Shown piece after piece: positions 57,486 to 64,000 of a stretch of DNA of 64,000 nt. The position numbers and the translations under genes were made by a program. Origin of the DNA: an uncultured virus (IMG/VR IMGVR_UViG_3300030116_001948) (taxonomy: Duplodnaviria; Heunggongvirae; Uroviricota; Caudoviricetes); the IMG/VR virus record IMGVR_UViG_3300030116_001948, positions 1 through 64,000 of that record. One strand, 5' to 3'. The notes under the pieces were generated by a model, which saw nothing but the letters and a program-made list of their open reading frames with translations, ran no database searches and was not told where the DNA came from. Positions within the stretch are counted from its first letter, which is position 1. Each line of letters begins with the position of its first letter.

Positions 57486-58522
57486 TGAGCTTTAATGATG
57501 TAAACTTTACAAACCTTAAAATTAAGTTTGGTAAAGCTATGAGTAAAACACTTGGTTCAAACAAAGACGGTTCACCAATAAAGGTACACGGTTATGGTTG
57601 GAGCCAACTTAGTGTTATACAAGATATGTTTAAAAGCTATGCAACTAAAATTGACTTACACGAAAAGTTTAAATCAATTATGGAACATACTAATATCAAA
57701 AGTATCAAACTTGAATACAACGGATATGGTGATGACGGTTGTTTAGAAAACGTAGAATTTCGTGATAAAAATGGTGCACAAATACATCCATCGCATATAA
57801 TGAGACATTTTTATATGCACACACATCACGGTGAAAACGTAAAACCAGAAACCGTAATTAACTATTCGTTATGGGAAACTGATGAACATACAAGATCACT
57901 AAGAGAACACATAGAAAAACGCAAACAATATCTTATAGATATGGAACCAGAAGCGTTTGCTACTATGGATCTAGAAGACTGGTCTAACGGCGTTGTACAA
58001 AGCGTTTTAGACTTAGGATGGTCAATACATGAAATCACAACGGTACCTGGTAGTGGTGAACGTGGCATTACATTGCGTAGAACACAATCATATGTATATG
58101 ATGAGTTTACACACTTTGATACAAGAATTTTACAATTGATGTATCCAAGAGTACGCAAAGATGAATGGGAAAATATTGATGAAGCATTTTATCAAATGTT
58201 GCATCCTGGTTGGCAAAACAATCACGGTAGCCAAAACTACTTTAAAGTAGAGTTTGATAATAACAAAGTTAAACTCAATATTAACCAAGAAACAAATGTA
58301 ATGGTCCAAGAGTCTGAGAAAACAGAAGTAATATTAGATGAAACACTTTCAAAAAGATTTCAAGGATTTTTAAAGGATATATTTCCTAAGAAAAAACCTT
58401 ACGAAAATGTTGAATTAGATATTTCTTTGAAGAAAGATCAGCCAAAACTCAAACAATTACACGATTTTATTACAGATATGCTTAACGAAAAAATAGAGCG
58501 TAAAACTGAAGAGGTAGAATAA
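57485..58522 (+). CDS. Hypothetical protein, DUF6878-like
   Basis: Y.GYGDDG and GW.NN.G motifs, which I recall from DUF6878; not verified by search. Confidence 0.5.
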   Translation: MSFNDVNFTNLKIKFGKAMSKTLGSNKDGSPIKVHGYGWSQLSVIQDMFKSYATKIDLHEKFKSIMEHTNIKSIKLEYNGYGDDGCLENVEFRDKNGAQIHPSHIMRHFYMHTHHGENVKPETVINYSLWETDEHTRSLREHIEKRKQYLIDMEPEAFATMDLEDWSNGVVQSVLDLGWSIHEITTVPGSGERGITLRRTQSYVYDEFTHFDTRILQLMYPRVRKDEWENIDEAFYQMLHPGWQNNHGSQNYFKVEFDNNKVKLNINQETNVMVQESEKTEVILDETLSKRFQGFLKDIFPKKKPYENVELDISLKKDQPKLKQLHDFITDMLNEKIERKTEEVE

Positions 58523-58860
58523 TGGACCCTCTTTATCATAGTAAAAGCAGTGTAAAGAAGTGGGGCGGTACAGTAGACGACTACATTAAGATTCATCATT
58601 GGTTTGATGATTCTAAACGTGGTTGTTCACTACCAACTCACAGATCAATGAGACATCATACAGAAGGTATTGGCTGGTGTATTGACGTATTTGGTAAATA
58701 CATCACCAATTCTGATGGCAGAAAAGTACCAGTAAGACAAATAGGTGAACAACATGTCATAGAAGACATAGGTAAACTTATTTCAATGTCAGACTGGTTA
58801 TTGCATATGTCATTAGAACCTTGGATGATGAAGGTCGGTAAACGACCGAATGAACTATAA
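58522..58860 (+). CDS. His-rich protein, DUF6915-like
   Basis: P..HS.SSVKKWGG..DY..IH.WFD.SK...HR..RHH..G...GEQHVIED; TAATG-coupled to the upstream gene. Confidence 0.6.
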   Translation: MDPLYHSKSSVKKWGGTVDDYIKIHHWFDDSKRGCSLPTHRSMRHHTEGIGWCIDVFGKYITNSDGRKVPVRQIGEQHVIEDIGKLISMSDWLLHMSLEPWMMKVGKRPNEL

Positions 58861-58940
58861 TCAACCAGGATATTCCTGGTGATTGCGTAATAGTCACATT
58901 ACAGGTCCCTAAAATGCACAAGGTCCCTGAGTGGCTTAAA

Positions 58941-59057
58941 TCAGAATAGAGGCAACAACGATACATGGAAGAGCTCCAGTAAATACTTCAAAATAGGCGA
59001 GTCTTATATAAGGTCCATGGAAGCCTGAATAATGAAGTATAGTTGCCTCAGTTCTGA
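58941..59057 (+). ncRNA. Candidate structured RNA
   Basis: Nested stems TCAGAA/TTCTGA, GAGGCAAC/GTTGCCTC, ATACTTCA/TGAAGTAT and AGGC/GCCT. Confidence 0.35.
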
Positions 59058-59207
59058 AAGGAGAGAAAACAAATATGAAGTATAAGTATAATGTATGGAT
59101 TGGAGGAGTTTGCAATACTTTTTCAACCTACAAAGAAGCAATGAAAGAATATAGACATTGGACTAGCAAAGGCTATGATGATGTTATATTCATAAAGAGG
59201 AAAGTAA

Positions 59208-59453
59208 ATGAATAATAGAGAAAAAGCTTGGTTAAATCGTAAAGGAGATAAAACACCTGAAACGATTTACGATAGAATGAAAAAAATGAAATTTAATAAT
59301 CCTTGGTCAAAAAAAGGAATTGCTGAACGTGAAGCATTTGCAAAGAAATATGGAAGAGCTTGGTGGTTATTTACAGATAACAATTCATCAGAAAAACATA
59401 AAGATCAATGGATTTATCAATATTGGAAAATGGAGGAAGACAGTAATGAATGA
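59208..59453 (+). CDS. Conserved hypothetical protein (B)
   Basis: Homolog of 13252-13437. Confidence 0.6.
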   Translation: MNNREKAWLNRKGDKTPETIYDRMKKMKFNNPWSKKGIAEREAFAKKYGRAWWLFTDNNSSEKHKDQWIYQYWKMEEDSNE

Positions 59454-59802
59454 CGAAGTAGCAGCAATATTTAGACCTATTACAAAAAAACTATATCCAA
59501 GAGAAGTAACAAATCTAAATACAGAAAAAGATTGTATGGTTAAAGCAATTGATGAAGAGTATTTAGGTGATTGGGTATGTAATTGGTGCGGTAGTGATCA
59601 AGTGTATGAAAAAGTTTTTATTAATATGAATACACTCAAAAACGACTACAGTAAAGAAACAACAGAACCAGAATATGCTGGTGATTGTTGTGGTAAATTT
59701 GAATATCCTATGCACCAACAAGAATGGGAAGAACAAGTAATTGAAGATTGCAATGGCAATAAAGATAAATATATGAAAATATTAGATGGAGGAAGAGCGT
59801 GA
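59446..59802 (+). CDS. Putative zinc-binding protein (start MNDEV)
   Basis: GGAGG SD; CNWCGS...DCC. Confidence 0.55.
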   Translation: MNDEVAAIFRPITKKLYPREVTNLNTEKDCMVKAIDEEYLGDWVCNWCGSDQVYEKVFINMNTLKNDYSKETTEPEYAGDCCGKFEYPMHQQEWEEQVIEDCNGNKDKYMKILDGGRA

Positions 59803-60107
59803 AAGATAAATTAACATATCAAGAAGTATACGATAGTTTTTATACTATAATTGAGAGAGATACTTATACTTGTAAAAGATGTAAAATACAAGCTAAGTAT
59901 TCTTTACATACTTTTAAAAAAGAGTATAAAAAGAAGTTCGAAAAAATGGTAAAAGAAATATACGATTGGTATATAAGAGGTCCGCAAAATGATATATATC
60001 TTGCAGATCTTGGTACGTTTAACGATGTAATGCTAAACAAAGAACCGAAATACAATAATCACATAAACCAATATAAATGGGGAGGACTATATAATGGAGG
60101 ACATTAA
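59799..60107 (+). CDS. Hypothetical protein
   Basis: GTG start with GGAGG SD. Confidence 0.5.
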   Translation: MKDKLTYQEVYDSFYTIIERDTYTCKRCKIQAKYSLHTFKKEYKKKFEKMVKEIYDWYIRGPQNDIYLADLGTFNDVMLNKEPKYNNHINQYKWGGLYNGGH

Positions 60108-60540
60108 GAAAACAATGCAAAGAACAGAAGCTTGGCACAAGAAAGCTTTTGCTCTATTGCAAGGACAAAAAATAGAACACGTCATATGGAAAAAATGGGA
60201 TGAAAACAGTACTACTGGTTTAGTATTAATACTAGATAGTGGAGTCGCAATATTTGTATCTATGGACGACGAAGGTAATGGTCCTGGTGCTTTACATTGG
60301 AACACTGGAAGAGAAAAATCTATGCAAATAGACATAGGTAACGGTGAAAGTGTTTTCATAGAACCAGACGGAATATTACCAGTAGGCGTTATGGAAACAG
60401 CAGAGTGGAGACAAAAAGAAATAGAAGCTGAAAATGAAGCTATTGATAAAATTGTTGAAGCTAATAAACAAATGATTGCTAACAAAGTTGATGAAATCAA
60501 TAATTTAGCAAATGAAGTGGAAGGGGTAACAAATGGGTAA
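60094..60540 (+). CDS. Hypothetical phage protein
   Basis: DDEGNGPGAL motif; GGAGG SD. Confidence 0.65.
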   Translation: MEDIKKTMQRTEAWHKKAFALLQGQKIEHVIWKKWDENSTTGLVLILDSGVAIFVSMDDEGNGPGALHWNTGREKSMQIDIGNGESVFIEPDGILPVGVMETAEWRQKEIEAENEAIDKIVEANKQMIANKVDEINNLANEVEGVTNG

Positions 60541-60736
60541 ACTATCCGAAATGGATGCAGTAAGACAAGAATTAGATGAGCTAGATGAAAGCAGCGTATC
60601 TGAACTTGCATTACAAGCACAAAGAACAATCAAAGATCAAATTTCTTTACTTGATGATTTAGGATATGAATTTATGTATGTCCAAGATGGTAAAGGCAGT
60701 ATGATAACATCAATACGTAGAAAGAGGGGTGTCTAA
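60533..60736 (+). CDS. Hypothetical protein
   Basis: 67 aa overlapping both neighbours. Confidence 0.55.
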   Translation: MGKLSEMDAVRQELDELDESSVSELALQAQRTIKDQISLLDDLGYEFMYVQDGKGSMITSIRRKRGV

Positions 60737-61212
60737 TGTCAACACGATCAAACATCGTATTTAAAAGAACCAACGAAGAAGGCTTTAAAACAGTGAAAGC
60801 AGTTTATTGTCACTTTGACGGTTATCCTGGATTCAAAAGAAATGGCGAGTTTATAGGTGGAGTTGGGTATGAATTGCTACATCATTTCAATACTCAATCA
60901 GCGGTAGATGAAATACAACTTAAATCTATTCGTTCTATAAGTGATGCTCAGATTGAATATATGGGTGAAAAAGAAGAATCCGATTCATATGAAAGTATAG
61001 AACAGTATTTTCGTATGACGCTAGGAGATATATGGATTGAATATATCTACTATTGGGACGGAGTTCAATGGATGATGTCTGAATTAACTTATCTAGATAC
61101 AGATAAAAATAAGTATCAAGATATATCAGTACCAATCAGAACAAAACTCAAACCATTAGAAATGGTAATGGATGAAATAACTAGTACAATACCACCATCT
61201 GATGAGGAATAA
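60736..61212 (+). CDS. Conserved phage early protein (YCHxDGYP type)
   Basis: MSTRS.I...YCHFDGYP...G..L...EYIY motif. Confidence 0.65.
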   Translation: MSTRSNIVFKRTNEEGFKTVKAVYCHFDGYPGFKRNGEFIGGVGYELLHHFNTQSAVDEIQLKSIRSISDAQIEYMGEKEESDSYESIEQYFRMTLGDIWIEYIYYWDGVQWMMSELTYLDTDKNKYQDISVPIRTKLKPLEMVMDEITSTIPPSDEE

Positions 61213-61432
61213 ACACTATGTGGTTTCAGTAGCAGAAACTCATCCAGATCCAAACTATATAGTATTATTAAAAATACTATCAGTTAAACACTATCAAGCA
61301 GCTAGAAATGCTAAGTTTCATCCTAACTATGCTACAGAGGAAGAAGCTAAAATATGGCACAAAAAGCTGCTTGATCAACTATCAAAGGAGGGATTTACAT
61401 GGGAAATAGTCCGAGTAAAACACTTGAAATGA
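61202..61432 (+). CDS. Hypothetical protein
   Basis: 76 aa overlapping both neighbours. Confidence 0.45.
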   Translation: MRNKHYVVSVAETHPDPNYIVLLKILSVKHYQAARNAKFHPNYATEEEAKIWHKKLLDQLSKEGFTWEIVRVKHLK

Positions 61433-61983
61433 AAAAGAAAGTACAACTATTTGGTGCGGGTAGTAAAGAACTTGTAAAGTTTTTAGATAAAAAACTTGAA
61501 GACGCACAATCTGGTTCAGTATGGTTTTGGTTACAAGGTATATACAAAGTAGAACAATATCTAAACGAAGATGGAACGCTTGACGAAATAACAATGCAAG
61601 GCGAGTTCAACGAAGAAATAGATATTGTTAAAGAATGGATAAAGGAATGGAAGGAGGAAACAGTGAAAAAAGATAATATAACTTACACTGACGTATATGG
61701 ATATGAACATACTACAACAAGAAAGTATAGTAAATTTCCATACGATATGTCTGAATGTAAGTTCCTAGATCACGAAGACATCGATTTAGATGTCAGAAAT
61801 CCTTTTAGTGGTGAATCTCATAAATTATCACCAGTAGAAGAAGCAGTATATAGAAAAGTAATAAAGGCACAATTAGAATCACCTAATTATTTTCTAGATC
61901 CTGATGCACAAAAAATTGTACGTAAAGGTTGTGATTGGTTCAGAGCTAACAATGCTGAAGCGTACATGAAACTACTAGATTAA
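61399..61983 (+). CDS. Hypothetical protein
   Basis: C-terminal VRNPFSGES..L...WFR.NN.EAYM.LLD; start uncertain. Confidence 0.6.
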   Translation: MGNSPSKTLEMKKKVQLFGAGSKELVKFLDKKLEDAQSGSVWFWLQGIYKVEQYLNEDGTLDEITMQGEFNEEIDIVKEWIKEWKEETVKKDNITYTDVYGYEHTTTRKYSKFPYDMSECKFLDHEDIDLDVRNPFSGESHKLSPVEEAVYRKVIKAQLESPNYFLDPDAQKIVRKGCDWFRANNAEAYMKLLD

Positions 61984-62084
61984 GGAGGAATCAATGTTAG
62001 AATTACTTCTATTATTTGCAGTATGTTACGGCATATTATATGCTTGTAATTATGTAAATAAATCTGATAAAAAGTAGTAAAAAC

Positions 62085-62127
62085 GCTTGGATAATTGAGT
62101 TGGGAATACTAACTTAGTTATCCAAGC
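62085..62127 (+). terminator. Long hairpin before the replication module (B)
   Basis: GCTTGGATAA...TTATCCAAGC perfect 10-bp stem, extendable with G-U pairs. Confidence 0.5.
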
Positions 62128-62160
62128 TAACCAATATAAACAAATAAACGGAGGAACCTT

Positions 62161-62742
62161 ATGGGATTTAATCTGAAAGATTATGCCTTAGTTAACGATC
62201 GTATTAAAGAGTTTCATAATATGTATCCATACGGCATGATAGTGACTAAAGTAATAGAAGTCACACAAGTAATAGATACACCAACTGGAGAACAATGCAA
62301 TGAATACAGAATCCAAGCAACGGTCACGCCTAATGTACTCGAAGTACCAGAAAGATATTTCACTGGAACAGCAGCTGAGCGAGACAATACTGGCTTTGTT
62401 AATAAGACGAGTGCTATGGAAAATTGCGAGACGAGTGCCGTCGGTAGGGCACTTGCCAATATGGGTATTGGTGCAGATTTTGCCATTGCTAGCAAAGAAG
62501 AAGTTGAGAATGCTAAGGCAAAACAAGCAGTATTCAAACCTAAAGTTAAGGAACTTACAGAAATTGACACGCTTGCAAAAAAGTGTGAAAAGGCTCAAGT
62601 AATTCCCGAAGAAGCTTATCTAGCATATACTAAAAAACGTGAAAGCGGATTTTATGATACTGTTGCTAGAGTAAAAACAGCTAAGAAATACTTCGAAGAT
62701 CAACTTAAGGAGGCAGAGAATGTCAAAAAAGAAAATGCCTAG
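62161..62742 (+). CDS. Rad52/Sak-like annealing protein (B)
   Basis: Homolog of 18247-18831. Confidence 0.7.
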   Translation: MGFNLKDYALVNDRIKEFHNMYPYGMIVTKVIEVTQVIDTPTGEQCNEYRIQATVTPNVLEVPERYFTGTAAERDNTGFVNKTSAMENCETSAVGRALANMGIGADFAIASKEEVENAKAKQAVFKPKVKELTEIDTLAKKCEKAQVIPEEAYLAYTKKRESGFYDTVARVKTAKKYFEDQLKEAENVKKENA

Positions 62743-62974
62743 TGAACATAGAATAGGTTCTATGGAACCTGGCGAAACAAAACATATAGTAAACGACTTT
62801 GGTACTTTTGTTTTAATTAAAATACCATTCGAGAAAGACGAATTACTAGATGTAGAGTTAGCAGACTATGCTAAATCAATGGATGCACTTAGCACTTATA
62901 TTGAAAATATCAATCAAGGGCTAATTGACGGTGCATCAGAACGTAATCAAGATCACGCTAATGACCAAAGATAA
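62720..62974 (+). CDS. Conserved hypothetical protein (B)
   Basis: Homolog of 18821-19069. Confidence 0.6.
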   Translation: MSKKKMPSEHRIGSMEPGETKHIVNDFGTFVLIKIPFEKDELLDVELADYAKSMDALSTYIENINQGLIDGASERNQDHANDQR

Positions 62975-62985
62975 GGAGGTATCAT

Positions 62986-63510
62986 ATGGCAATTACGGGT
63001 ACTAAGGTAAAGTCACAAGGTGGCGGAAATAAACCTTATTTCATTAACAAATGCTTCATTGTTGGAGCAGAACAAATCGAATCACAGTATACTGATACAA
63101 CAGTTAAATTAGAACTTGAAGACTCTACTAACGGATACAAGTCTAATTTATTCCTAAATCAAAACTATGAGAAAGATACAAACGGTGTAGTATTGGATTT
63201 AAAATATCCAGACTTAGTAAACACATTGTATCTTGCAGCTGGTAAAGATTTAGAAGTATCTGATACTGGTGACATTAATTTAGATGTCTTAGCAAATGCA
63301 AAGATTGCAGTATTAAGTTATCAGTCTACTGGTAAATACAAACGTAATCTTTGGAACAGAGTTTCTTCTTGGGAAGATACAGATCAACTTGAGAAAGACT
63401 TTGAAAAATCACTAAAACAAGGTTATCCACAAAACTTTCGTAAAGGAACATCAGAACCTGCCGTACCTGAAGTTCAAGAAAGTGTAAGTGTAGATGACTT
63501 ACCATTTTAA
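62986..63510 (+). CDS. Putative SSB (B)
   Basis: Ends DDLPF; homolog of 19062-19616. Confidence 0.7.
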   Translation: MAITGTKVKSQGGGNKPYFINKCFIVGAEQIESQYTDTTVKLELEDSTNGYKSNLFLNQNYEKDTNGVVLDLKYPDLVNTLYLAAGKDLEVSDTGDINLDVLANAKIAVLSYQSTGKYKRNLWNRVSSWEDTDQLEKDFEKSLKQGYPQNFRKGTSEPAVPEVQESVSVDDLPF

Positions 63511-63776
63511 TGACTGCTAAAACTATTGTTATCAATTGGCTTGACTCTTTAGAAAACGGTGAAGTATTCTTTACCTGGAACTTTGAGAGTCAAGTACCAC
63601 ATTATGGTAAAATCAAGTATAACAAAATACATACGGCAAGTACATATTCCAGAGCATTTAGAAAGTTGCGTGAAGAAAATATATTTACCGACGAGCTTAT
63701 GGGATTTGCACTAAAAGAAGTTAAATCGGCAACTAATGGGAAAATAAAAGGATGGAAGAAAATAAATACTATCTAG
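63510..63776 (+). CDS. Conserved small protein (B)
   Basis: Homolog of 19616-19867. Confidence 0.6.
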   Translation: MTAKTIVINWLDSLENGEVFFTWNFESQVPHYGKIKYNKIHTASTYSRAFRKLREENIFTDELMGFALKEVKSATNGKIKGWKKINTI

Positions 63777-64000
63777 AACTAGTAGAAGGTAGTCTATCCA
63801 AACGTAACTCTATTGCTGATGTCGTTACTTATCAAAAGAAAGTTATAGACAATGCGTGGAAAGGAACAGAAATGTATCGTTCTTATTTCACATTTGGTCA
63901 AGACTTTAAAGATCACGTTGAAGAAACAGAGTCCGTAAAAGGATTTAATGGTATTGCATATATCGATTACATTATACTTGACATCGATAAAGGCGATATA
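63752..64000 (+). CDS. Primase-helicase (B, partial)
   Basis: MEENKYYLELVEG...EMYRSY...SVKGFNG...IILDIDKGD matches the N-terminus of 19852-21642. Confidence 0.8.
   Translation, partial: MEENKYYLELVEGSLSKRNSIADVVTYQKKVIDNAWKGTEMYRSYFTFGQDFKDHVEETESVKGFNGIAYIDYIILDIDKGDI

Larger units (their letters stand above)
44718..64000. mobile_element. Phage genome B: partial, a syntenic relative of genome A
   Basis: Second diverged copy of the adaptor, capsid, scaffold, portal, terL, terS, SSAP, SSB and primase genes in the same order. The left boundary is uncertain and could lie at the N gap at 42789. Confidence 0.85.

Noticed and set aside
60087..60629. 180-aa minus-strand ORF
   Set aside because: Antisense to the SD-led plus-strand genes 60094-60540 and 60533-60736.
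1..64000. tRNA genes, CRISPR arrays, integrase, reverse transcriptase/DGR, alternative genetic code
   Set aside because: I saw no tRNA cloverleaf with a T-loop, no spaced repeat array, and no recombinase or RT motifs; long genes are intact under the standard code.

Overview
The window is low-GC tailed-phage DNA made of two related podovirus-like genomes joined head to tail. Genome A (about 1-44717) looks like a complete, circularly permuted 44.7 kb genome. Its minus-strand late arm encodes terS, terL, portal, scaffold, major capsid, adaptors, tail fibres, a nozzle-like protein, lysozyme, ejection proteins and a 3182-aa giant virion protein. Its plus-strand early/replication arm encodes a Rad52-like annealing protein, SSB, a primase-helicase and a Holliday junction resolvase; I recognise no DNA polymerase. 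Genome B (from about 44.7 kb, or possibly from the N gap at 42789, to the window end) is a syntenic but diverged relative covering the head genes, early genes and the start of the replication module. The join is probably an assembly chimera through a 90-bp identical stretch or the scaffold gap. Two systems stand out. (1) Genome A has an apparently complete phage-encoded ubiquitin-like conjugation operon at 13973-17815: a Ubl precursor ending GG plus a 10-aa tail, a large E2-like protein, a JAMM peptidase and a ThiF-family E1. Genome B has unrelated genes at the same locus. (2) The 3182-aa protein has the motif order of a single-chain two-barrel RNA polymerase (TD...K...RSP...GGADKDAD), which suggests a virion-injected RNAP with an unusual catalytic loop. 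There are also several structured intergenic RNA candidates, conserved unannotated small ORFs and a split head-tail adaptor. All assignments come from reading motifs by eye; no database searches were run.
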